A program made the position numbers and the translations under genes. The notes beneath the pieces are model-generated. The model did not search any database. It was not told the DNA's origin and worked only from the letters and a program-made list of their open reading frames with translations. A DNA stretch of 62,194 nucleotides from a virus (taxonomy: Duplodnaviria > Heunggongvirae > Uroviricota > Caudoviricetes), in IMG/VR virus record IMGVR_UViG_3300000304_000005, positions 64,001-126,194 of that record. The stretch is one strand, 5' to 3'. The first letter of the stretch is position 1, and every line of letters begins with the position of its first letter. This document shows positions 1 through 11,494 of the stretch, one piece after another.

Positions 1-1923
1 TATAATTTGCAGTGCCGCCAGATGTAACAGAAGACGCTACATCCTTTGCGAACCCAAGATTATCTTTGACAAAATCCGAAGGATTATTCGCCATATTCCA
101 AATATTTCTGGTGGCATCCGCATTAAGTACGCTATCATTCTTGGCAAGCGGGGTTAAGATTGCACCATCAGAAGGACGAACAATCATCTCCGCGCCTTCT
201 TCTTGCGTCCATGCCAACTGGTCAGCTTCAAGTTTACGTTTACCAGTTGCTAGAGCTTTAACATCAGATTCCTTAAACCAACCTGTATAACCCTTTGATT
301 GACTATGGTGCCTAACTAGGATATAACCACGACTGCTCTTTTGCAGTACAACATAAATTGGGTCGTTGGCGAAATATTGCCTGCCGCCTCCGTTGCCGTA
401 GGAATCTGCATAAATTCTTGCACTACCGGCATTAATTCTACCACCAACAGTAACCTGTTTCGGTTGTTCTTGCTGCTGGTTATTATTATCATTATTATTA
501 TTGTTTGCAGGGGGCGTTGGTTTTGTCACAGGAATATTATTCGCGTTATTATCATTTGTGCTTTGAATATTCTGCTGAGCTTGATTGTTCAGTGCGGTAA
601 TCATGTTCTGAATACCGACATTGATTTTCTCTAATGTATTGGCAATTGTCGTTCCGTTAGTCAAGAAACCTTCGCCGTACATCTTCAAAACATCTTGAGT
701 GCCATTTGAAGAATCCCAAATAGCCTGAGTTTCTTCGCTCAACTGATAACCTACGTTTGCAGCTTCAGCACTTATTACCTCATTAATGGAACTGGCATTC
801 ATATTGATATATTCAATCATATCGGCAATTAATGCATCGATATTATCAAGACGCATATTGAGAATGGTTTCGTAGTCGTTCCTCATAGTATCTAGGATAC
901 GCTCAATATCGCTAATCGCCTGTTCGCGTTCGGTATCCGCTAAATCTTTACGTGCATCATTAAGGTCGTTTGTAAGCTTTTGAATAGTTGCTTTGGTTTC
1001 TTCGCTGTTATCGTTGGCATAAGCTGAAAGCTGCTTCTCTAAGCTGGCAATGTCTTGAGTCTTTTCAGAAACTTCGTTTTGATAATCGTATAAATCTTCT
1101 TGAGCCTGAAGCGCTTCAAGATACTTGTCAATTAAATCATCTAAGTGCTGTAATTCAAGGTCTATACCTTCTTCAACAAGGTCTTTTATGCTATTCTTCA
1201 TGTCTTCGGCTGAAAGTATCGCTTCTTGCTGCGCTTCAACAAGCTCATAATACCTATCTGCCAAATCTAAGTCGGCAGGGTCTTCGGCCATCTGCTTTTC
1301 AATTTCCTTGATTTCCTGAGCATATCTATCAGCCTGATTCATTAAGATATTATATTGCTCACCATAAAGACCCATTGTTGCCATGCCTTTATCGGTAAGC
1401 TGTCCGTTATCCTCGAATAGTTTTTCATTACTCATTAAATCAATCAAGAATTGCGCTTCATCCGCGACAGAAGAAATTCTATCTTGTAAAATATCAAATG
1501 TTTCCCATTTGGTTTCACGAATAGCATTATAGTATTCTCGCCACTGATTGCCTAGTTCATGAATGGAAAGCGAAACCTCGTTGATGGCATCATTCTGTTT
1601 ATCCCATTCGGGAGTGCCAACTACCAATTTACCAGCATTTACCAAATCATCGCGCGTTTTTATCATTGCTTCGCGTTGTGCTCTAAGCTGGTTTGCCTGT
1701 TGATGCACATTGTCCATGAGGGCTTGATAATATTTTTCACTTACAAGATGGCCGTTAAGCTCTTCGCGGTCAACATAGATTTCCAAGTCTTGTTGAGTAT
1801 ATTCAAGAGAATTAAGCACGCCCTCAAACTGCTCTGAGACATTCTCAAATTTTTGATGTGCAAGGTCACCAAGAGATTCATTTAAATCTACAATTGCGTC
1901 TTTTGCATCTAAAGCTTTTTCAT
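1..1923 (-). CDS. Tape measure protein, exon 4 (3' end runs off the window)
   Basis: Reading frame appears open from 1921 to the window edge. Splicing gives ...QEW-Y-EKALDAKDAIVDL (TGGT|AT GAA). Contains an N-rich linker, an SH3-like module and ALATG...WTQEEGAEMI. Absent from the ORF track because no stop lies in the window. Confidence 0.9.
260..430 (-). other. SH3-like domain inside the TMP, paralogous to early ORF 61318-61554
   Basis: Manual translation AGSARIYADSYGNGGGRQYFANDPIYVVLQKSSRGYILVRHHSQSKGYTGWFKESDV. The SH3 call is inferred from the GWF..SDV ending. Confidence 0.7.
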
Positions 1924-3095
1924 CGTTGTGTTTAATTGATTCGCTACATCAATTGGATTATAAAATCCCACATGCTTTCACATGTGACCAGACTATATCT
2001 TTTACCTATAAACTAAGTTTTCTTTTAATGTTTTTTCTGTATTATCAAAATATAACATTAATAGTTTATAGGTAACACACCATTTTGAATCACCAATCGC
2101 TTGTGATTCTACAAATTATATTAAGCAGTTAAATTATATTTTTCAGAAAATTCAATACTACTTTTTAATCTATTGGGAAAATATTTCATATCAAATTTAT
2201 AATAAAACTCTTTTGGGATATATTTTAAATACGGTCTAACAATATCAAAAAATTTTCTAAAATTCTCCGCATTAAAATAAAGTCTATAATATACAGAATT
2301 TTTATGATTATTAATACCAGAATGGTCCTTGTGTATCTTTAGCTCTATACCAAATCGTTCTTTAAACATCTTCTGTATTTTACAATTCTCTTCATATGAA
2401 AACGATTGAGTGTTTAAATACCCAAAACGTTTTGTGCTATTGTTTTTTGTTGATACATGCCATTGTCCATCATCTAAGAACCATAATAATAATCCAAATT
2501 CATTAATGTGTTCCATTACATAATCGGATATTATTTTCTTACCACCATCATTAAAACATTTATTCATAGATTCAAAATAAAATTTTTTAGGTACTTTTAT
2601 ATTTATATGACTATACATTATCTCACCAAATGTAGTATGTCGTATATAATGATACCTAGAAGATGTCTTTAATCCATAATTTGAAAATATCTTTTCAAGC
2701 CATTCACAATAAAAATCCTGTTTGTCTGTATGCGCGTTACATACCCAGCCATTCCTATAATTTCCATCTCCCAAAAGTAATCCATACAAAGAATAAGTAA
2801 TTTCTTTTTCTGAAAAATCTTTTAAAAAGTTATACATATGTGAATCCTCACTCAAAATAATTAATATAATTTTAGCCGTTGAACCTTACTCTATTCGAGT
2901 CTTGGCTGCTGATTGCCCATTATTATATCCACTTAGGCTTACGCCATATGGTATCAAACTAATTTTTTCTGATTTCTCTACATATCGCACATATCTTTAT
3001 TTCATGATTATGCTGTAGTTTAGTTTGCTTTAGAGTGTCCCAGCAATTAAGTGTGATTCATATATTTATCGCTAAATATATGGGCATAATTAAAT
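1924..3095 (-). mobile_element. Group I intron TMP-I3 with LAGLIDADG ORF
   Basis: 5' exon ends in U, with P1 GGT|AT pairing to ATGCC. Core motifs TAATTGCTGGGA, GGCAATCAGCAGCC, GGTTCAACGGCTA, AAGATATAGTCTGG. Terminal G at 1924. Splicing restores the frame. Confidence 0.92.
2121..2855 (-). CDS. Intron-encoded LAGLIDADG homing endonuclease (two motifs)
   Basis: LYGLLLGDG and LLLWFLDDG motifs plus LNTQSFS. Lies between the R and S elements of TMP-I3. Confidence 0.88.
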   Translation of the reverse strand: MSEDSHMYNFLKDFSEKEITYSLYGLLLGDGNYRNGWVCNAHTDKQDFYCEWLEKIFSNYGLKTSSRYHYIRHTTFGEIMYSHINIKVPKKFYFESMNKCFNDGGKKIISDYVMEHINEFGLLLWFLDDGQWHVSTKNNSTKRFGYLNTQSFSYEENCKIQKMFKERFGIELKIHKDHSGINNHKNSVYYRLYFNAENFRKFFDIVRPYLKYIPKEFYYKFDMKYFPNRLKSSIEFSEKYNLTA

Positions 3096-6000
3096 ACCAT
3101 TCTTGATATTTTTGAATTTGGTCATTTAATGCTTCATCTGTAATGGTATCAAGGTCAATCATGCCATTTTGAATCTTTTCAATCCAATCAGCAGATAAGC
3201 CAACAGAATTAGCCTCTTGCATATATCTATCATATGCCTGCTGCTGCATATCAATTTCTTGACGTGTTACGGTCATTGATTCATTAAGCGCATCATTTTT
3301 CTCAGACCAACTTCTATATGTGCTAGATGCCACAGTATCAAGATTATCAAGAGCGCGTTCGATTCGGTCAATTGCAACCTCAATCCAGTCAAGTGTTTCC
3401 TCGAATTCGTCTGCTTCTTTTTTAGCTTTAGACGAAGATGAACCTTTAGAACTACCGCTGGATTTAGCAGAAGAACCATAGTTATAGTTATTAGTAGTGT
3501 TGTTTACTACTGTGGTTGTACCAGAAGATGAAGAACCGCCGCCCCAAGGTTTGGCAAATCCACCGCCACCAGATACACTTGCAAATGCTGTACCTTCAGC
3601 GAATGCTCTACCACGTCCACCATTTGACGTTACATAGCCATTCTTAAGTAATTCTTCAGACTGAAGATGGTTAAAGATAATATCGCCCTTTTTATATTGA
3701 TAGAACCCTGCGCCATTATCGCCAACAGTAAACCATTTATCACCACGAACAATAATCTCAGGACCAAGCTCGCCCATAAGAGCAGTGCCAGATTCTTCTG
3801 TTCCCCATTTACCTTGTTTAAAAGCCCTACCGGTATTTGCCGTACCGTCTGCATGAGCGGTACCATTAGCGCCTCCGGGGCCTTCAACAACAGCAGAATA
3901 TTTAATAGTTCCATATTTAGTAGGAGGTGACCAACTATAAACACCAGAAGAAGCCGATATACCATATGAGACAGTGCCAGATTTAGATGGCGGACTCCAC
4001 GCATCAACTTGAGAAGAATCAACCTTATATGCTACTGTTCCTTCTTTGGGAGCAGGCTGATATGCGTCAACAGCCGCCGAATTAACGCTTGTATTTACAA
4101 TAACGCTAATTTGTTTAGACTGAATATTCGCAAGAGCATTTTGAAGATTTGTTACCGCCTGAGAGTTTTGAATCGATACAGAAGCATTAATAACCTTATT
4201 ATCAATAGCATTCATTTTTGATTCTAATGCTGCAATTTTGTCATCTCCGGCAAGAGACACAGAAGCGTTGATAACTTTATTATCAATAGCATTCATTTTT
4301 GATTCAAGCGCAGCAATCTTATCGTCACCAGTCAAAGATACACTTGCATCGATAGTCTTATTATCAATGGCATTCATCTTTGACTCTAATGCAGCGATTT
4401 TATCATCGCCTGTCAGAGAAACGGTTGCATCGATAGTTTTGTTATCGATAGCGTTCATTTTAGATTCTAATGCCGCTATCTTGTCATCGCCCGTTAGATT
4501 GACCTGAACATCAACTGTTTTATCTTGTAGTTCAAGACCAGCAATATCTGATTCTGCTTTAGATGTATCAGCGCCAAATTTAACGTCCATTTCTCCAATA
4601 TTTTCGGGAGAAAATGCGGCTTTAACCTCATCAATACCAGCGTTTTCATCAATACCAAGTTTTACTTTCAGGTCACCATTGTCTGCAATTGCTTGTGCAA
4701 GATTATCAACCTTAGCCTGCGCATCATCAATTCGGCTATCATCAACATCGATAACGCCATATTGTGCTTGCAACTGAAGATTGCTAAGCTCATTCAGAGC
4801 AGCTTGCATCTCTTGTGCTTTTGTCAAAGCATCTTGCATAGAAGCATCAACATTTGATACATCAAGTGACATAAATGCAGGCTGTTCAAGCTCAAGCTTC
4901 TGTGCAATTACGGTTTGAATTGCCGAGTTGACTGCTGCAACACCTTGTTCTTTAACTTCAACAGTAGCATCGCTGTTATTAATTTCATCTCGCTGTGCTT
5001 TAAGTGTTTCAAGCTTGGAAACAGCGTTATTTGTACCATCTCCCGTTTCTTGAACACTATAATCAATCTCGAAATCTTTACCAAGATACTGCTGTAGCGA
5101 TTCTTGCGCCTGCTTCGCAGCGGCCTCAGATTCAGATACAAGTTCATCAACAGATTTTTGGTCAACGCCAATTTTAAACTCAAAACCATAATCATTAGCT
5201 TTGCCAAGCATCATTTCAACAAAGGCATTCGATTTACCTAAAGACTTAGCGATATCTTCAATCTCAACATTGGGCTTTAATTCTAAATCGCCTTCACTGT
5301 TTAGCTGAAGAAACTCATCTCTGATATCATTGATGAAATTTTCAGCACCTTCGCGACCCTCTGTTAAATACCTATTTTGTGTATCTACGACTTCTTGCCA
5401 ATGAGCAGAATAAGCATCAGCGTCCCAATCATCAGTCACACCTTCACCAAAGAACATATCAGCATATGACTGAACATCATTACGACCGAATAGACCCTGT
5501 GATGCGTATTCATTCATCTGTTCGGCTGCGCTAACGACGTTATCATACATATCGCCTTCTTCGCCGCCAGATTGAGCATTAATCCAACGATTGTATGCCG
5601 AAGTAAGACCATCATACGCAGAAGCCGCCATTTGGGCTTCTTGGATTTCTTCTGCAAGAGCATCCATTCGGTTCTGATTTATAGTAGCCAAATCAGCATT
5701 GCCAGCCGCAACAGCTTCATCTCTAGCTTTTTTAAGCTCGGCATATTGTTTAACCTGAGCGTCAATTTTTTGTTCTTGCGCTGCTTTATTTGTAGCAACA
5801 TATTGTTTTTCAAGAGACTCAAGCGCGTCTACATTTAATCTGACACCTGTAGTTGTCTTTTCAAACAAACCAGCGGGGTCATATCCTTCAAGGTTCGCGT
5901 ACCTGCTTATTACGCCATCGATTGATTCTTGCGACAACCCCATTGCACCATTTGATTCTTGAATGGCAGTATTAAGCTTCGATAAACTCTCTGTCTCAGC

Positions 6001-8526
6001 GGTTATATCAAGTTCAAAACTAATAGCCTGATTAAATTTTGCTGCTTCTTCAATTTTAGCTCGAATCTGGTCTGTATTAAGATTTTCTACATCGATTTCA
6101 CCAGAAGCAATTAAATCAAGAGCAACAGTCATCTCAGAAGAATTAAGTCCATCAATAAGGTTCTTCGCCGCTTCCTCACCAATATTCTTGCCTTTTGTAA
6201 GATGATTAAACAACTCGTCATATTGTTGTTGTACGTCATCGACATTGAGAGAAAGCTTCAATTCATTTTTAACATCGTCTCCAACATTAAGACCATCAAT
6301 CATTGATGACACTTCATCAAGCTGTTTTTTATATTCACCAAGCGAAATTTCTCCGCTTTGGAATGTACCGCTTAAATCAAACGCAGATTTAAATTGTTCA
6401 AGTTTGTCCGCACCCATACCATCAAGAGCGCTAGCAATATTGTTTACATAATCAATTACAGCTTCGTCTCCACCTGTGCGGTTAAGCTCTGCAATGGTGG
6501 CCGAATCTATGCCGTTTACAATTGATGTGGCAATAGACTGAGCGCTTTCATCAAGATTTTCATAATCTCCTTGCAGGAATGCATTTTCCATATGAGCGGC
6601 CATTGCTGTGCGCATTTCTTGAGTAGCAGTATCTAGCGCAGACTCATAATCAGTTACCATTCCTCTAACCACTTCAGGATATTGTTCAAATGCCTTTGAA
6701 AGATATTTTGCACTATCGTCTATACCTGTAAGTGTGTTTGGAGGGTCAATGCCTTCAATTTCTTTATTCGCTTCCTCAAGAGCTTCAGCAACATCACGTG
6801 CCGCGTTTTTAATATGCGGCTTGATATTAGAATCATTAAGCATTGCCTCTGGACTAATATCTCCAAGGTCAAATATATTTTGAAGTGCTTCCACAACATT
6901 CTTGTCGCCAACCAACCCGTTGATATCATTCGCTAAGTCTTCAGAAATATCACTGATACCTTTATAATCTTCTCCATCACCATTAAGAAGTTTATTATTC
7001 TCAGCGATAATTAAATTATTATAAGCTTCTGTTAATTTGTCAACATTGCCAGCGGCATTAAGAATTGCGTTTCCTTGTGCGTCATATCCCGCAACAAGAG
7101 AAGGAGTAATATCAGCAATTGTATTTACGGCGTTAGCATATTCTTCGTACTCATCAGATGATAGACTAATATTTTTCCCGGTAATTTGATTTACGCCATT
7201 TGCAAGTTTCTCGTATGATTCAATGGCGCTATCAAAAGAACTTTTACTATCAGCAATCTGTTTCTTTTGTGCATCAAATGATTGTGTGGTTTCTTCTACA
7301 GCCTTTTTAACATTGTCTGCTCGGTTGATAAATTCAATAAATTTTCCAATAACAAAATCAAGCGCCATTCCACCGAGCATCATAAGTCCGCCACTTAAAA
7401 CACCCGTTGCAACATTCATAGCAAGACTTTTTGCGGTAGCTGCTACAGTTTGTCCAGTAAAACCTCTAAGACTAGCTTCTGCACCATCAAGAGATGCCAT
7501 GTAGTCACCAACAGATGTCCCGGCTACTTCGGCGGACTGCGCCATAGCTCTGCGTTCTTCGGTAGATTTCCTATTATATTCATCGAGCACCATGATGCTT
7601 GATTTAAAGCTCTTGTTTTGAGCTTGATTTGCAAGAATGGCGCTTCTTGCACTTGATTCATATTCATCAGCGGATAAGTCTGCTGCATCCATGCTTTGAG
7701 CATATTGTCTTGCAGATTCAGATGCACCAGCAAAAGAACGGTCTAATGCGTCTTGCACCGCTATATTAACATCAGAAGTCATTAGCTCTTTATATTTTTG
7801 AATGGCAGCTTTGTCTTTATCGAGCGTCTTTTCAAGTTGAATAAATGGGTTGTTACTTTCACCAAATGATTTGGTTAGCTTTGCAATTCCATTAGAACCA
7901 AAGAAAGAACCGAACAGTGTTCCGATTTCACTTAAAGATTTACCAAAAATCTTAAGCTTACTACTGCCATCGTCTATATATGCAATACCTTTTCCAAACA
8001 TAGAGAAGGCGGCAGTGGCAGCGCCAAGAGCAACGGGTATTAATCCGATATTATCAATCAGACTTGTGAATCCATTAATAAGAGCGGTGATTGTACTTAC
8101 TCCACCTTTGAGGAATCCACTATCTAGAACAGACGTTGACATTGCTTGAAACGATGCTGTCATACTGTTTAAGCGACCCTGCAAAGAATCAATGTATTTT
8201 GCATTTTCTGCCGCAGCAGAACCTTCGGCATTCGTTGCAGTTTCAACCATTTCACGCGCCGTGTCCCAATTCTGAATTAAGGCGGCAACTGTGTTCGCAT
8301 GGTTCTTGCCAGCAATTGTTTCAAGTAGGTCTGCCCTGTCTGTATCAGACAGCCTATCATAGACATCGGCGATGCCATCCATAATTTCATAGGTGCTCTT
8401 AAATTCACCATTGTCCTTAAAAATATTAACAGCACCATCAGTCATATTAAGAATCTGACCTTGCATCTTAGAAATATTCTCTACGCCTTCAGATTCTTCT
8501 CCAAGTTCTTCGAGTTCGCCCTTCAT
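3096..8526 (-). CDS. Tape measure protein, exon 3
   Basis: 5431 nt starting MKGELEELGEE after the intron terminal G. Typical TMP motifs (IAGKNHANTVAALIQNW, YIDSLQGRLNSM). The ORF-track N- and C-terminal extensions are intron sequence. Confidence 0.93.
4168..4491 (-). repeat. Four tandem 81-bp (27-aa) repeats in the TMP
   Basis: GDDKIAALESKMNAIDNK(T/V)I(D/N)A(T/S)VS(L/I) four times. Equivalent positions 4238, 4319, 4400 and 4481 are 81 bp apart. Confidence 0.95.
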
Positions 8527-8927
8527 CGTTCTATTACTTTCCCCTGCGAACAAAAGGGTACTGACCATATTAATTATGGCGGATAGTCATTTCTGGCTAT
8601 CTCTCACATTTCATATCATTGGGTTATAGTGTGAGTCTAGACCATACTTATCCCTCGACTTTACGTTAGGGTGTAGCATACGTCATATGGTTACCCATAC
8701 AACTGTGGTCGTTACGGGATTCTTTATTAACAAATAAAGCCTTACCCACGGTATTGCCCATCCCATTGGGGTTCCACCGTTTTGAGCTACTTCAATGTAT
8801 AATGTTGCTTATAAAACACTGGTTATTATGATAATAACCAGTGTAAATTTATTTTGTATATTTATTTATATTAAGCAATACAACAAAGCTTATAGCTTTC
8901 ACTATAAGGAGGCGTGTTATATAGTTC
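8527..8927 (-). ncRNA. Group I intron TMP-I2 (401 nt, no ORF)
   Basis: P1 GAGGT|G pairs with CGCCTC with a U-G at the splice site. Core AAAACGGTGGAACCC, GGCAATACCGTG, CCCGTAACGACC, AAGTATGGTCTAG. Terminal G at 8527. Junction IRG|MKGE is in frame. Confidence 0.9.
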
Positions 8928-9011
8928 ACCTCGAATACGAAGAGATAGAGTTCGCATTGCTGTGCCAACACGAGTTGGGTCTTGGGTAACCTCACCTGCG
9001 GCACCAATCAT
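8928..9011 (-). CDS. Tape measure protein, 84-nt micro-exon 2
   Basis: Encodes MIGAAGEVTQDPTRVGTAMRTLSLRIRG, the conserved TMP segment expected between EEAAA and MKGELEE. Confidence 0.92.
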
Positions 9012-9048
9012 CTTTTATATTCACGAAGTTCGTAACGCTTCGCATGTA

Positions 9049-10203
9049 TTAATTATGTGTTTTATAATTTTTAATAAATTCGTTCCATTGTTCTAAAGTG
9101 TTATCTCCATAACCATATTGCTTATGAAATTTTTTATGAACGCTTTCAGAAATACAAACATATGCACCGTATAATTCTTGAAGTTCTAAAAATGATTCCA
9201 TAAAATAATCTAATTGTTCTTGAGTATATAAACCAAAATCATCATAAATAGGAAAACTAAGAATATCAACACACTCTTCTAATAATAAATTAAAACTACG
9301 TATATGATGAACAACAATATTAGACCTCGAACCTGTAATTTCACATGTATAATCATGCTCTTCTCTAACTTTATTTCTCCATGGTACAAGTCGTTGCCTA
9401 ATATAATTATACAAATTATCATAATTAGAAATTTCTGTAGGCTTATGAAGATTAAGCAAATACATTCTAACTTTTATAGCCATAATAGTTCTGCCTAATT
9501 CATTACTCATATCTTCGTATGATTTATCAATATAATTATCTTTTAAATATTGAATCTCACTATCACTCCAAAGACGATTAAGATAAAAATAACTTTTTAA
9601 ATCATATTTTCTTGCCTGTCCTAAAATAGCGTATTGGGTTCTTCCGGGCAATAATTTCATTACTTCTGACATGGGTTTTATAGAATAATTATTAATAAGA
9701 ATCTCTACTTCTTCATTTGTCCATATATTTGCAGATTTCACAATTCCTAAATCAAGAGCTTTTCTATATAAGCTATGCGGTTGAATTGAACGATTAAGCT
9801 TTTTCAATATTTCTTTATATGATAGTTTACCATAATATTTTCTCAATATATCTTCGTCTTCTTTAGACCAGCACATTACTTCATGTTTGCACTCTTCAGA
9901 ACAAAAATGCTTCAAAGACTTATCGTATTTATATTTTTGAATTTCATATTCTTTACCGCAATTATCACAAACACATATCACCCTATTACGCTGTGCTTCG
10001 CCTGCACATTTTTTACTACAATATATAGTATTAGAATCATGAGCATCGAAAAGCTTTCCACAATTAGGACATATATGATTTTTAAGTTTTGAATTTTTAT
10101 CTCTATATTTTTGATAGCACACTTTAGAACAAAATTTAGAATTTTTAAAATAATTTTCGTATTCTTTACCACAGTACATACATACATGTTTTATTTTCCC
10201 CAT
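9049..10203 (-). CDS. Intron-encoded HNH-type endonuclease with N-terminal Zn fingers and Trp-rich repeats
   Basis: Repeated CxxC...CSxxC and W(S/T)xEE motifs. C-terminal CEITG...VHHI...CISESVHKKFH. Confidence 0.75.
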   Translation of the reverse strand: MGKIKHVCMYCGKEYENYFKNSKFCSKVCYQKYRDKNSKLKNHICPNCGKLFDAHDSNTIYCSKKCAGEAQRNRVICVCDNCGKEYEIQKYKYDKSLKHFCSEECKHEVMCWSKEDEDILRKYYGKLSYKEILKKLNRSIQPHSLYRKALDLGIVKSANIWTNEEVEILINNYSIKPMSEVMKLLPGRTQYAILGQARKYDLKSYFYLNRLWSDSEIQYLKDNYIDKSYEDMSNELGRTIMAIKVRMYLLNLHKPTEISNYDNLYNYIRQRLVPWRNKVREEHDYTCEITGSRSNIVVHHIRSFNLLLEECVDILSFPIYDDFGLYTQEQLDYFMESFLELQELYGAYVCISESVHKKFHKQYGYGDNTLEQWNEFIKNYKTHN

Positions 10204-10241
10204 ATTATCACCTGTATATTATCGAAGGGACAAATCATAAT

Positions 10242-10409
10242 CTACTTATAAAATTTTGATAATGCATCAAAAAGCATTTTTGTTTTAATATATTTATAAG
10301 TAGTAACACCATTAATGACTTTTATAAAAGATGGATTTATATCACAACTTTTCAAATAAATCATTTCAGGCGTATATTGCGTTGAATATTCTTTATCAAA
10401 TTTTTTCAT
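10242..10409 (-). CDS. 55-aa passenger ORF inside TMP-I1 (DUF5659-like)
   Basis: MKKFDKEYSTQYTPEMIYLKSCDINPSFIKVINGVTTYKYIKTKMLFDALSKFYK preceded by GGAG. Below the ORF-track cutoff. Family assignment recalled, not searched. Confidence 0.7.
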   Translation of the reverse strand: MKKFDKEYSTQYTPEMIYLKSCDINPSFIKVINGVTTYKYIKTKMLFDALSKFYK

Positions 10410-10709
10410 AAATATCTCCACATAATTAACACATCAACATGTTTCCATATTGAATAGACCATATCTTCACCCTCAGCATTATACAATTATCAAAGTACAA
10501 TCCGTTAGGGGCGCACCATTTCGAGCTACCATAAACTTGTAGCTCTACGAGTATATCACTCTGGTCGTTGAACTTTCTTCCTCATACAAATTACCATATT
10601 TTCTATATAATCTATGTTAGGAAGCTTAGCTGCTGATTATCCAATCCTTACGTTTTTAAACCTTCATATAGTAGTTTCCTCTATATTGTGGTGTAAGGCT
10701 CTACATAAT

Positions 10710-11378
10710 TTACACACATAAAAAAGACTCCACATAATCTCTAGTGACAATTCGAGAATATGGAATCCTAACCATTTTAATATTGTGTTTATTACAATAC
10801 TCATCTTTAATTTTATCTGTAATATAAACCGGTGTATATCCAGACATTAATGTCAATGTATTAAAATATGAATCTTTTACAACGTGTTGCATTCCATCAC
10901 ATTCTACTACAAGATTAATGTCTTTAATATATATGTCAAATTTTAAATGATAATTTGTTTCTGGATTTATACACCCATCAAACATAGCTTCCTCAAATAT
11001 CTGATAATTTTGATAAATTTGTCTTATATATTTTGTCACAGAAGTTTGAAATTTGCTATACTGTCTTGATATATTATTACGAGATAGAATTTCACTATAA
11101 GACATATGATATTCTTTACAATATTTACTAAATGTCTTTGAAGCAATATGAGTATCTTTTAAACACTCTTTTAATGTCTTAACAACGCCATATTGATTGT
11201 AATTATCAACAACATATTTTTCAATTTTTCCAATAACATTTTGATAATTCAACCCTCTTTGTTGTGTAGTCAACTGAGACTTATATTTGCTTAAGCATTC
11301 GTCACTACAACATTTATTTTTATATCCATGATAAACAAATTCTTTACCACATATAATGCAATTTGTAGTAGTTGCCAT
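10710..11378 (-). CDS. Intron-encoded PD-(D/E)XK / Vsr-like endonuclease
   Basis: LKFDIYI...VVECDGMQH...DKIKDEYC...MVRIPY and an N-terminal CxxC...CCSxxC. Start at 11378 chosen from the AAGGTG RBS. Confidence 0.8.
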   Translation of the reverse strand: MATTTNCIICGKEFVYHGYKNKCCSDECLSKYKSQLTTQQRGLNYQNVIGKIEKYVVDNYNQYGVVKTLKECLKDTHIASKTFSKYCKEYHMSYSEILSRNNISRQYSKFQTSVTKYIRQIYQNYQIFEEAMFDGCINPETNYHLKFDIYIKDINLVVECDGMQHVVKDSYFNTLTLMSGYTPVYITDKIKDEYCNKHNIKMVRIPYSRIVTRDYVESFLCV

Positions 11379-11494
11379 TATTATCACCTTCTTAAAGGTG
11401 TGTAAATTATGCGATAGGATTATCCTATCGAGGAACTCCCAGCAATTAGATGCGTACTAAACATATATTTCTATATGTACAACCTAGTTTTCTA

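Larger units (their letters stand above)
9012..11494 (-). mobile_element. Group I intron TMP-I1 (2483 nt) carrying three ORFs
   Basis: P1 GCAGCT|TAG-AAAA-CTAGGTTGT. Core TAATTGCTGGGA, GATAATCAGCAGCT, AGTTCAACGACCAG, GAAGATATGGTCTA. P9 has a GAAA loop and P9.0 is TATTC/GAATA. Terminal G at 9012. Confidence 0.9.

Noticed and set aside
3058-8568. ORF-track calls 3058-8568, 11492-13450, 30289-31362, 32352-32867, 36846-37931, 38294-39334 and 40782-41528 as separate genes
   Set aside because: They are exons with intron-derived ends.
11492-11494. Stop-codon reassignment or readthrough to explain broken TMP, TerL and RNAP frames
   Set aside because: Each break coincides with a complete group I core, and the exons rejoin exactly on splicing. 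TAG, TAA and TGA all end normal genes here.
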